Below, in pieces: positions 33,145 to 41,991 of a DNA stretch of 64,000 bases; within the stretch, counting starts at the first letter, position 1, and every line of letters starts with the position of its first letter. Below the pieces are notes generated by a model that saw only the letters and a program-made list of their open reading frames with translations, was not told where the DNA came from and searched no databases. A program made the translations under genes and the position numbers. This DNA is from Candidatus Spongiisociaceae bacterium (GTDB taxonomy: Bacteria; Actinomycetota; Acidimicrobiia; Spongiisociales; Spongiisociaceae), in NCBI GenBank assembly GCA_965262915.1, contig OZ253564.1, positions 2,688,001-2,752,000 of the forward strand, read 5' to 3'.

Positions 33145-33915
33145 ATGAACATCGGCCGCGGCCTGTCTTCGTTGACAGGCCGCGGCCTGTCCCTGTTGTC
33201 CTTCGTTGTCGGGCTGGTTCTCTGGGAGTGGCTAGTTGATGTCTTTGACATTCCGAGGTTCCTATTTCCACCACCAACAGACATATTCAAGGCATATTTC
33301 ACAGGTGATATCAGGTGGGTCGATCACACTCTTGTGACTCTCCGCGAGGCACTCACCGGATTCGTTATTGGTGTAGCGTTCGGGTTCATACTTGCAGTAG
33401 TGATTACTATTTCCGACTTACTGAGTCGAGTCATCATGCCCTATGTGATCGCACTCCAGGTGTTACCTAAGGTGGCGATCGCTCCAATTCTTTACGTCAT
33501 GCTTGGGTTCACCAATACCTCCCGAGTCATACTAATCGTGATTCTCACATTCTTTCCGATTGTCATCAATGTGAGTACGGGTTTGAGCTCTGTGGATAGA
33601 AATCTCATTTACCTTCTCAACTCGCTGGGTGCTCACAGCCTCACGGCGTTCTACAAAGTCAGGCTGCCCAACTCCCTACCGTATTTCTTCGATGGCTTGC
33701 GGATTGCGGTATCCGGTGCTCTGGTAGGCGCGATCGTTGCGGAGTTCGTAAGTTCAAGTGAAGGGCTCGGTTTTCTCATCCTGAACTCTCAGTTCACTTT
33801 CAACACTACTGCCGCCTTTGGAGCCTTCGTGATACTGACGGTTCTTGGCCTGGCCCTCTATGGAAGCGTAGTGTTTCTCGGGCGGCGGTTGATGCCGTGG
33901 TACGAACGCGTATGA
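33145..33915 (+). CDS. ABC permease, SsuC/TauC-like
   Basis: FPPPTDI, LPKVAIAP, FFPIVIN, LPNSLPYFFDGLR, AEF..SEGLG; start could be 33130. Confidence 0.92.
   Translation: MNIGRGLSSLTGRGLSLLSFVVGLVLWEWLVDVFDIPRFLFPPPTDIFKAYFTGDIRWVDHTLVTLREALTGFVIGVAFGFILAVVITISDLLSRVIMPYVIALQVLPKVAIAPILYVMLGFTNTSRVILIVILTFFPIVINVSTGLSSVDRNLIYLLNSLGAHSLTAFYKVRLPNSLPYFFDGLRIAVSGALVGAIVAEFVSSSEGLGFLILNSQFTFNTTAAFGAFVILTVLGLALYGSVVFLGRRLMPWYERV
33154..33187. repeat. Perfect 14-bp-stem hairpin at the start of the permease gene
   Basis: GGCCGCGGCCTGTC-TTCGTT-GACAGGCCGCGGCC. Confidence 0.75.
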
Positions 33916-34682
33916 GTCCGCCGAATGTCGTCACGATGGAGGGCGTTAACAAGCGCTATCCGACAGCCAAAGGCGACGATGTGGTTGCCGTGACAGATGT
34001 GTCGTTTGAGGTCCGTAGAAAGGAGACACTCGCCATCGTCGGACCAAGTGGCTGTGGTAAGAGTACCCTCCTCAGACTGATCGCCGGCGTAGACACTCCA
34101 AGCGACGGAAGGATCGAGCGCGAGCGGTCGGATGGCAGGTTTGTCGTCGGGTACGTCTTTCAGGAATCAAGTCTTATGCCTTGGAGAACGGTATACGACA
34201 ATATCAAGCTTCCGCTGGAAGTTGTTAAGGACGGGGGGTCTACTGACAACGTAGACAAGCTTATTACGATGATAGGAATGAAGGGCTTCGAGAATTCTTA
34301 CCCGATCGAGCTATCGGGTGGTATGCAGCGACGCGTCTCGCTCGCAAGAGCCTTTGTTCATGGGCCTTCGATCGTCTTGATGGACGAACCATTCACCGGT
34401 GTGGACGAACTGACCAAGGAAGCACTACAGCACGAGTTGGGTACGCTGATCAGAGATCTGGGCGCGACGACGATGCTCGTTACACACGATATCGAGGAAG
34501 CCGTGTTCCTTTCCCACCGGATCCTCATAATGTCACCAAGGCCCGGGACCATCGTAAGCGAGGTGCCGGTGAACTTGCCCCTTGTTAGGAATCCTGAAAT
34601 GAGGACCAGTATCGAGTTCTTCGATACTGCTCGGCAAGTACGAGAGAAGCTCCTTGAGATACATACTGCGAGGGTTGAGTAG
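33912..34682 (+). CDS. ABC ATP-binding protein, SsuB/TauB-like
   Basis: GPSGCGKST, LMPWRTV, LSGGMQRR, LMDEPF, VTHDIEEAV. Confidence 0.95.
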   Translation: MSPPNVVTMEGVNKRYPTAKGDDVVAVTDVSFEVRRKETLAIVGPSGCGKSTLLRLIAGVDTPSDGRIERERSDGRFVVGYVFQESSLMPWRTVYDNIKLPLEVVKDGGSTDNVDKLITMIGMKGFENSYPIELSGGMQRRVSLARAFVHGPSIVLMDEPFTGVDELTKEALQHELGTLIRDLGATTMLVTHDIEEAVFLSHRILIMSPRPGTIVSEVPVNLPLVRNPEMRTSIEFFDTARQVREKLLEIHTARVE

Positions 34683-34698
34683 ACGAACCGACCGTCTA

Positions 34699-35748
34699 TT
34701 AGGAGTCGGTTGCCCTGGTAACGAAGTGCGGCATCACCTGCTTCGCAAAAGGTATAATTACCTTTTCGTGCTCTACCTCGGACCGGGGAGCCGAGAAGCA
34801 CCTCAGCCAGATTTCATCGATTCCCATTGAGATGATCTCTCGTATCTTGTGGATACAGTCATCGGCGGTGCCAGCAACCGAGAACCGTTTGATCACCTCA
34901 TCCGTCAAGTACTTCCTATCTCTGTATGCTGCCTCTACGCCTTCACGACCTAACTGCCGACACCGCATGAGGAAACCGGGCAGACCTTCATCGAATCCGT
35001 GGAGGATCGTCGTATATGTGTCGGGAGAAGTGTTGACTAGCGCTTGGGTCACGAACGGCCGCACGTTCTCGACAGCTTGCTGGCCATCTTCGGAAATCGA
35101 GGTATACACCCAAGAAACCAGCCGGATATCGTCGAGGCACCTCGCGGACTTCTCGGCTCCATGCCGGACTCGTTCGATCGCAAACTCAAGCTGCTCCTTC
35201 GACACGTACGTAGCGATCACCGCGCCGTCGGCCAGCTCACCAGCGAGCTCAAGGTTCCTCGGACTGCGACTAGCGATCAGTATTGGGATGTCCGGCCTTA
35301 CATCAAGGTTCAATTGTGCGTCAGAGAGCTTGAAGAGGCTTCCGTCGAAATTGACCGTCTCTCCACTGAACAGCGAGCGGATCATGAGGACTGTCTCTCG
35401 CAATGCCTGGTTCACGCGCGTTCGTTCCAGGTGCATCTGCTGGAATCCTGATCCCCCGGCTCCAAGGGTCAGGAGGGTCCGTCCCCCGGACAACTCATCC
35501 AGGGTTGCGATCGCCACGGCAAGCATGGCGGGAATCCTGGTGTACGGGTCGGCGACGCAGGGCCCTATCTGGATTCGGCTCGTAGCGATGGCGTCGGCTG
35601 CGAGTGTTACGAATACATCTTTCTCGCCAGCGAACCTCTGATCGGCATGTACGAAGTATTCGAACCCAAGTTCCTCCGCCATCTTGGCGACCGATATGAT
35701 CTTCTCAAGGGGCTCTACTGGAGCCATCCCCACACCGAACGAGACCAC
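34699..35748 (-). CDS. LLM class oxidoreductase (Mer-like, possibly F420-dependent)
   Basis: AEELGF, TSRIQIGPCVADPYTRIPA, LDELSGGR, LAGELADG; GTG start after AGGAG. Confidence 0.88.
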   Translation of the reverse strand: MVSFGVGMAPVEPLEKIISVAKMAEELGFEYFVHADQRFAGEKDVFVTLAADAIATSRIQIGPCVADPYTRIPAMLAVAIATLDELSGGRTLLTLGAGGSGFQQMHLERTRVNQALRETVLMIRSLFSGETVNFDGSLFKLSDAQLNLDVRPDIPILIASRSPRNLELAGELADGAVIATYVSKEQLEFAIERVRHGAEKSARCLDDIRLVSWVYTSISEDGQQAVENVRPFVTQALVNTSPDTYTTILHGFDEGLPGFLMRCRQLGREGVEAAYRDRKYLTDEVIKRFSVAGTADDCIHKIREIISMGIDEIWLRCFSAPRSEVEHEKVIIPFAKQVMPHFVTRATDS

Positions 35749-35758
35749 TAGGTGACTC

Positions 35759-37348
35759 CTATCCTTTTCCGGCAGTGAGCACCTTTCCGGGTCTGTTCCC
35801 GGTGTGTGTACCTTGCTCGACCACCACTTGGCCATTGACAATTACGTATGGGATCCCGGCGGGGAACTCCCGCGGATGTTCGAAGGTCGCCCTATCCGCC
35901 ACGCTGTCCGGATCGAAGATGGTCAGGTCCGCATACCAATCAGGCTGGATTTTCCCTCGTTGGTCGAGCCCGAACTGCTCAGAAGGTAAGGACGTCATCT
36001 TCTTCACAGCTTCTTCGATTCTTGTGAGCCTTCTATCCCGGACAAAGTCCCCTAGTACCTTTGGGAAGCATCCATAGTTTCGTGGATGAGGGTAGTAGTC
36101 CGCGGCTAGCTTGCCATGGGGAGCTACTGCTGAGCCGTCGCTCGCGACCATGACGTAGGAAGTTACGAATATTCTCTCGATGTCTGCCTTCTCAAGAGTG
36201 TGGAAGACCATGCTTACATGGCCACTTGATCTCTCCAGCAACTCAAGAGCAGTATCGAACTCGCAAGCCCCGTGTTGCCCAGCGATCTGTGTCAGGGTCT
36301 TCCCTTCCAGTGATGGATCAGGGCGGTACTCCGAGACGGTCATCCGGGATCCTCCGCCTCGCAGATGGAGAGATCTCGTGAATGAGGTTTCGATATTCGC
36401 CCGTTGTCTCGTATCGGTCGCCCTCTCTAGTAAGGCGTCGACTCCGCCTTCCTGAGACCACTGGGGGAACAGAAGAAGGAGTGTGCTGCTCGTCGCCTCG
36501 TACGGATACTGATCACACATCACATCGACACCCTGTTCTCTGGCAGCTTCAATTGCAGAGAGTGCCTTCTGGCTTTGCCCCCAAACGTCGGCTCCAAGTG
36601 CCTTCAGATGTGAGATCTGCACCGGGACCCCGGCGCCACGTCCGATGGCCAGAGCCTCTTCAATTGCGTCGAACCAGTCGCCGTTGTCGCCCTCGCTTCG
36701 AATATGGCTTGCGTAGAGACCACCGTATTCGTTCACGACCTTGGCAAGCTCAATCAGCTCCCTCTCACTCGCGTAGCCGCTCGGAACATATCTCAGGCCA
36801 GAGCACATCCCCCTTGCACCGCTTCGCATTGCCTCGTGGATATGGTCCTTCATGGCTTCAAGCTGCGAGGGCGACGGCACCTCGTTGCTGAACCCCATGA
36901 CTGCCATCCGGACCGTCCCTTGGGCTACCATCGGTACGACATTGATTGCTGGACCGGCAACTCGAACCCGCTCGAAGTACTGACCTACGGACTCCCAGTC
37001 AACCTCGAGCCCGAAACGTTCAACCCTCTCTACGATGTCCCGTAACGCCCCCCCGACCGCCGGTGCCAGTCCCATCCCGCAATTCGGGAAGACCTGAGTA
37101 GTTACACCTTGGCGTACCGCGCTTTCCGCCCTCGGATCGACCAGAATAGTGACATCCGAATGCGTGTGTACATCGATAAACCCGGGGGCGACTATGAGCC
37201 TGTTCGCGTCGATCGATGTGTGGCCATCATCGTCACCGAGCTTTCCCACCCGAACGATCTTCTCGCCGACGATACCAACATCGGCGGTGTAGAGCGGGTC
37301 CCCAGATCCGTCCGCTATCCGGCCACCGAGGATTACTAAGTCAAGCAC
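35759..37348 (-). CDS. N-acyl-D-amino-acid deacylase (D-aminoacylase) family amidohydrolase
   Basis: APGFIDVHTHSD, QGVTT..NCG, SHIRSE, QISHLK, DQYPY, SDG, HPRNYG.FP. Confidence 0.92.
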   Translation of the reverse strand: MLDLVILGGRIADGSGDPLYTADVGIVGEKIVRVGKLGDDDGHTSIDANRLIVAPGFIDVHTHSDVTILVDPRAESAVRQGVTTQVFPNCGMGLAPAVGGALRDIVERVERFGLEVDWESVGQYFERVRVAGPAINVVPMVAQGTVRMAVMGFSNEVPSPSQLEAMKDHIHEAMRSGARGMCSGLRYVPSGYASERELIELAKVVNEYGGLYASHIRSEGDNGDWFDAIEEALAIGRGAGVPVQISHLKALGADVWGQSQKALSAIEAAREQGVDVMCDQYPYEATSSTLLLLFPQWSQEGGVDALLERATDTRQRANIETSFTRSLHLRGGGSRMTVSEYRPDPSLEGKTLTQIAGQHGACEFDTALELLERSSGHVSMVFHTLEKADIERIFVTSYVMVASDGSAVAPHGKLAADYYPHPRNYGCFPKVLGDFVRDRRLTRIEEAVKKMTSLPSEQFGLDQRGKIQPDWYADLTIFDPDSVADRATFEHPREFPAGIPYVIVNGQVVVEQGTHTGNRPGKVLTAGKG

Positions 37349-37362
37349 GTCACCCCCGACCC

Positions 37363-37821
37363 TCAGAGCGCGCTTATCGCGAGCTCTCCGAAGCCTTCTC
37401 TGCGCATCCGCGGAGCTTCGTGGGCCAGGGCATCCATCCCTTCAGTGATCCTGCCGACGATGTTGGTGGCCAGCGCTCCATTCATACCCCTGATCGCGCT
37501 GTCACGCTCGTATATGAACCCGATGACGAGAAACGTGCGATCATGTCGTGGCCACACTGGTTGTACGAAGATGGCTGGTTTATGGTAAACGAACAGGTCT
37601 CCCACGCACTGATAGATAGTCTGATTCTCTTCTGGCACTTGATCATGCCCGTCGAGCAAGGTATATACTTCCCTGCCATTCTCCATGCTGTGTATGGCCC
37701 GGTTCTTTATCGGGAGTATTGCTCTCAACCATTCACTTGTCTTGGGCGCACCGGCCTCGTCCAGTTCTGCAATAGCTACAGCCGAGCCCAGTGTTATTTG
37801 TACTCTTGCCATCCGACCCAA
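37363..37821 (-). CDS. DUF3830-like (cyclophilin-like fold) protein 1
   Basis: APKT...LP, HSMENGRE, ENQTIYQCVGD, FIYERDS, NIVGRITEG. Confidence 0.7.
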   Translation of the reverse strand: MGRMARVQITLGSAVAIAELDEAGAPKTSEWLRAILPIKNRAIHSMENGREVYTLLDGHDQVPEENQTIYQCVGDLFVYHKPAIFVQPVWPRHDRTFLVIGFIYERDSAIRGMNGALATNIVGRITEGMDALAHEAPRMRREGFGELAISAL

Positions 37822-37825
37822 CCCG

Positions 37826-38332
37826 TCATGCTTCGAATCTCTTGACGATTAGCCTTCCTAACCCGTTATGACGTATATCCTCACATCTATCAGTAAAGGT
37901 CACGGGAAGGTCAATAAAGCTCGCAAACAGTGTCGTCACTTGAAGCTCAGGATCCGCACTACGGGCTGGATCGTTCGCCGCCAAGCCACCCGCGGAAGGG
38001 TCACCGTAAAAGATAGCGAACTCCGAAAGCTCACGCTGAAACTCTGAACTGTAAGCAAGCTGCTTACCTCGAGACATCTGAGGAGACCGCCAAAAATAGA
38101 GTATGTCTCCCGGTGCAATTATCCCATGGTGTGGCGGTCCCTCGGGAGGTAGTCTCAGGATCTTGTCTCCCTCAAGGTGCAGCATGATCTCGCGGCTTGC
38201 CCAGTTCGCGTGGAGGGACATTCCCGTAACAGGGAGAATGTCCCATACGGCGTTGCACGTGTTCGGCACGACATCGTCGTGCATCTCCGCTATTGCGGTT
38301 GTCCCTGCCAGTTCGAAGAGCAGCCTTCTCAA
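37826..38332 (-). CDS. DUF3830-like protein 2
   Basis: VPNTCNAVWDILP, HANWASRE, PGDILYF, SEFAIFYG. Confidence 0.7.
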   Translation of the reverse strand: MRRLLFELAGTTAIAEMHDDVVPNTCNAVWDILPVTGMSLHANWASREIMLHLEGDKILRLPPEGPPHHGIIAPGDILYFWRSPQMSRGKQLAYSSEFQRELSEFAIFYGDPSAGGLAANDPARSADPELQVTTLFASFIDLPVTFTDRCEDIRHNGLGRLIVKRFEA

Positions 38333-38826
38333 CCTTCATCCACTCTCTCGATGACCAGTTCTCTTTGACCTTCGTATATCATCGCCTCGCAGGCCTTGCC
38401 AAGTTCCTCGAAACCCGAGGAGATCTCGGCGAAGAGATTCACAGCCTCAGGCCCCCGTGGACCCTGTGGCCTTGTGTCTCGTTCGTACACGATCCCTATT
38501 TCGGCAGACTCCAACCTGCCGTACGGTGCACCGCGGTAGTAGTTGGCCGGCCTGTAGTAGTAGAAAATATCACCGGGAACAGGGATGTAGGTGAGAACGT
38601 TCTCCGGCCGGAGAACAGGGTTGCTCTCTAGATGACAGCGGATTAGATGTCCCGACCAGATGTCGTGTGTCGCCTTGAGACGAAGTGGAAGCATGTTCCA
38701 CAGGGCCGAGCAGGTATCGGGACAATCGTCGTCCAAGAGATTAGCGATAGCGGTGGTGTCTGAACCCGGAAACGATATCCTGATCCGACGAGGCAAGAAC
38801 GAGGACCCAGACTGCTCGTCAGACAT
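38329..38826 (-). CDS. DUF3830-like protein 3
   Basis: CPDTCSALWNMLP, HDIWSG, PEN...PVPGDIFYY, EIGIVYERD, VNLFAEI. Confidence 0.72.
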   Translation of the reverse strand: MSDEQSGSSFLPRRIRISFPGSDTTAIANLLDDDCPDTCSALWNMLPLRLKATHDIWSGHLIRCHLESNPVLRPENVLTYIPVPGDIFYYYRPANYYRGAPYGRLESAEIGIVYERDTRPQGPRGPEAVNLFAEISSGFEELGKACEAMIYEGQRELVIERVDEG

Positions 38827-39417
38827 GCGAACGTGCTTCCCCCGACTGTGGAATCGCCAACTCGCTTCCTCCTGTGAGGGATCTGACGTGCTGACGATCG
38901 TATATCGCACTTGTATGCCCGTCAAGTAGCGGCTTTGGTGTTGATCACGTTCCTCTTGCTGATGAGACGCTCGCTACGCCGCAACAGACGACGAGCAGGG
39001 ATACGTACTGTATTGCTCCTGGTTCAGCCCCTGATGGTCGGGCGTGGGAGTCGCCGTAGCATCGACCGGTCTCCTAACTATCGGTGCGGTCGATCCGACG
39101 GGTCGAGCAATCACGGGTGGTTGGCCGGCTTTATGGCGGAGAGGGGGTTGGCAGCCCCCGAGGTTCCCAACAGGGCAGGCTCTCCACCGTGGTGGGGTCC
39201 ACTCCCCTGGTGGCCAGGCAGTCCCGCCCGGCCGGCTCGTTCCCGATCGGAGTCGGAGGCTACCGTCCGGTCCTCAGGAACGTGACATTCGCTCCCCGCA
39301 TGCCGGGCGTCTGGTCGGTGTCCAACAGGAATGCCGATGGACCCGGACCCGATCCCGTCGGCCGGCCGTTCATCCTCCGGCCGCAGGGTGCAGTTCCCAC
39401 CGGGAAGGAGCAGTCGA

Positions 39418-39882
39418 ATGAGCTACACCATGGATGATGTAGGCCGGTTCGCGGGCGCCGATCAGGGCCTGTCGGTGGTCTCGTTCGCCCGTCCCGACCA
39501 GTCTGTGCACTCCAGCCTGGTCAACGCCGGTGTGATCGACCATCCAATGACCGGCGAGTGGGTGGTGGCCCTGGTGGTGCCGGGCAACACGGTCAAGCTC
39601 CGCCACTGGCGCCACACCCCGAGGGCCACCATCGTCTTCCGGTCGGGATGGTTCTGGATAGGCATGGAAGGCAGCACCACCATCATCGGCCCGGACGACC
39701 TGTACGAGGGCTTCGACCCTTCAGCTGTTCCGCAGTTGCTTCGGGACGTGTTCACCGCCGCCGGCGGAACCCACGAGGACTGGGACCACTACGACCGAGC
39801 CATGGCGGCCGAGCGAAGCGCGGCGGTCTTTATCCACCCCACCCGCATCACCGGCGTCGGCCAACCCTTAGCCAGGACCTAA
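39418..39882 (+). CDS. PPOX-class protein, copy 2 (close paralogue of 27798-28250)
   Basis: Near-identical translation MSYTMDDV..HPTRITGVGQP; ~180 bp of upstream sequence also shared. Confidence 0.85.
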   Translation: MSYTMDDVGRFAGADQGLSVVSFARPDQSVHSSLVNAGVIDHPMTGEWVVALVVPGNTVKLRHWRHTPRATIVFRSGWFWIGMEGSTTIIGPDDLYEGFDPSAVPQLLRDVFTAAGGTHEDWDHYDRAMAAERSAAVFIHPTRITGVGQPLART

Positions 39883-39990
39883 GGCCAGCGCTGAATTGTC
39901 GGGGCTGCCAGGCCAAACGGACAACCGAGGGCGGCGAGGTCGTCGGGATTACCAGTCACAATGTCCTCTCCCGGCCGGAATGCCAATAGG
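39879..39990 (-). pseudogene. 3' remnant of a PIN-domain gene paralogous to 28324-28622
   Basis: LLAFRPGEDIVTGNPDDLAAL..AAPTIQRWP* versus LLAFRLGEEVLTGDPDDLGNL..AAPTIHHWP*. Confidence 0.7.
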
Positions 39991-40128
39991 ACCGGCCCTG
40001 TTGCCTGGTTACCGAGCCGCCGTTGGCCTCCCCAGGCTGCCGCGACATGTCGGAAAGGCCTCACCCTTCACCTGGATCAGGACAAGTAGCTATCGCTATC
40101 CTTTCGGATAGCCACGGGAAGGGAAAGC

Positions 40129-40329
40129 GTGGTGGTGGTCGAATGGGGAACCGTGATAGCAATACTGGTCCCGGTGGCTGGGCTGGTGGCCGGTGTGTTC
40201 CGGGTGCTCGATGGCAGGCTGACTCGGATCGACCGTCGGGCAGAGGGCCGGCATGAGGATCTGGTGAGGCTGATCCGTGGCTACCCCCCATCTGTTTCTG
40301 CTCATTCTGATCCGGAAATCGGTTCATAA
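40129..40329 (+). CDS. Small N-terminal TM + coiled-coil protein
   Basis: EWGTVIAILVPVAGLVAGVFR..RLTRIDRR; GGGAAGGG leader. Confidence 0.5.
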   Translation: MVVVEWGTVIAILVPVAGLVAGVFRVLDGRLTRIDRRAEGRHEDLVRLIRGYPPSVSAHSDPEIGS

Positions 40330-40592
40330 GTCCATCGGGGCGTTCCCCCGGCTTGCAGGGTCGAGAGTCAGAGTGCCCACCCTCGGCCACCTCGTGAACG
40401 GACGCCGGACAGGGAGGCGGCCACTCCGGCCAGCCAGGTTATCGAACCGCATATATCTGCCGGGAACGAGCGGCGATCCGGTGCCTGGCAACCGGCGTCC
40501 TTGGTCGGTCACGGTGAGCCATGCCCGCCCTGTCTCATTAACCTTGTGCTAGACGCTGCGCCAAATCCAGGGATGGGAAGGGAGGTGGTTGT

Positions 40593-40838
40593 ATGTCGAT
40601 ATGGGAGACCTGCGAAGCCGTAGAGCGGATTCCGGGCAAGGTCAGTGGAGCTTGGATCTTCCGCGGGACTCGCCTACCACTGTCACATCTATTCGAGAAT
40701 CTTGCATCGGGCGCGTCCGTCGAGGACTTCCTAGACTGGTTCGACGGTGCGGAGAAGGACGCTGTGTTGGCTGTCTTCGGTCACCTGGCTGAAGTTACGC
40801 TGGCAGAAGATAGGAGAGCGTGGCTCCAACGTCGGTGA
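40593..40838 (+). CDS. DUF433 family antitoxin
   Basis: PGKVSGAWIFRGTRLP..LFENLASGASVEDFLDWF. Confidence 0.88.
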   Translation: MSIWETCEAVERIPGKVSGAWIFRGTRLPLSHLFENLASGASVEDFLDWFDGAEKDAVLAVFGHLAEVTLAEDRRAWLQRR

Positions 40839-41150
40839 GAATCCTGTTCGACCACGGTACACCGCGACCACTACACCGGTTTCTCGTAGGGCACACGGTT
40901 GACAGTTGCCACGAGAAGGGGTGGGAGGAGCTGGCCAATAGAGCGCTGTTCGACGCCGCGGAGGGGGAAGGTTAACGACGTTCTGATTGCTGCCGATCAA
41001 GGGATCCGGTATCAGCAGAATCTCGCGGCGAGACGATTGGGCATCATCGTCATCAGGGCGGACTGGCGAGATGTACAAAGGAGAGCCGACACCATTATTC
41101 GGACTATCGACGAGATCATCCCCAGTCAGCTTGTGGAGGTGCTCGACTAG
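40835..41150 (+). pseudogene. PIN-like (DUF5615/VapC45-type) toxin, frameshifted
   Basis: MRILFDHGTP..GWEELAN..AEGEG then TAA at ~40974; continues in another frame DVLIAADQGIRYQQNL; consistent with a 1-nt insertion. Confidence 0.8.
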
Positions 41151-41174
41151 ATGTCGGGGACGGCGTATACGGCC

Positions 41175-41735
41175 TCAACCGCCGAAGACGGCGCTCACCG
41201 CACAGGAGAAGCCGGGTAAGACGTCCGCACCGTCGAGGAAGGCGTCCTCGCCGAGCGTCGATACAGCTAGATCGGGGCGGTACACGTGAACGGTGCGCGT
41301 ATCCGGATGCACTACCCAGACCAGACGTACACCGTGGCTCAGCCACATCCACGCCTTATCCCGGACCTCGCGCCGGCTGTCGCCAGGCGACACGACCTCC
41401 GCCACCAGGTCGGGGACCGTCTCCGAATACCCGGTCACCCGCATCCCCGGCGGTACCTTCTCCGCGGAGAAAAACGCAACATCGGGCTCCCGAACCGTAT
41501 CAGGATCACGTTCCAGCCAGACACCCGCGTCCGAGGCCGTCAAGCGTCCCAACCGCCGGGGTTTCACGAAGCCACCCAGCTCAAACCCCAGGTTCATCAC
41601 TATCTCGCCGTGCTCCTGTCCGGTCGGCATGGTCTCGTGCAGCACCCCCCGGATGAGTTCACCGCGCACACCCCGGCTGTAGAGTCGGAGCAACTCATCT
41701 GCGGTCAGCAGCTTGGTGTCGGTGGCCGTCGTCAT
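41175..41735 (-). CDS. Uma2 family (PD-(D/E)xK) endonuclease-like protein
   Basis: ELIRG, EHG, REPDVAF, PDLVAEVVSP, GVRLVWVVHP, VLPGF. Confidence 0.92.
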   Translation of the reverse strand: MTTATDTKLLTADELLRLYSRGVRGELIRGVLHETMPTGQEHGEIVMNLGFELGGFVKPRRLGRLTASDAGVWLERDPDTVREPDVAFFSAEKVPPGMRVTGYSETVPDLVAEVVSPGDSRREVRDKAWMWLSHGVRLVWVVHPDTRTVHVYRPDLAVSTLGEDAFLDGADVLPGFSCAVSAVFGG

Positions 41736-41757
41736 TTCCGCTCGCTCTCTGGCCGCG

Positions 41758-41991
41758 TCATTGTAGACAATACGATAGTTTACGGAGACAACACCGTCGG
41801 GTTAACGCTTGCGCAGCCGGTTGCGGCACCGGCCGTGCCCGACCAGGAAGAAAGGCCACGCCGGCGAGCCAGGTGATGGAGTCCCAGGCCGGGAGGGGGT
41901 CGCCGTCGCGGACTGCTGCGATGAAGAACACCACGCCGGATACAGCGAACAGGGCCCAGCCGATCAGTTCGGACCGGCTGCCTGTCGTCAT
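41758..41991 (-). CDS. Small membrane protein, 3' end possibly degenerate
   Basis: ELIGWALFAVSGVVFFIAAVRDGD; ATGA overlap with upstream PLP gene. Confidence 0.45.
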   Translation of the reverse strand: MTTGSRSELIGWALFAVSGVVFFIAAVRDGDPLPAWDSITWLAGVAFLPGRARPVPQPAAQALTRRCCLRKLSYCLQ

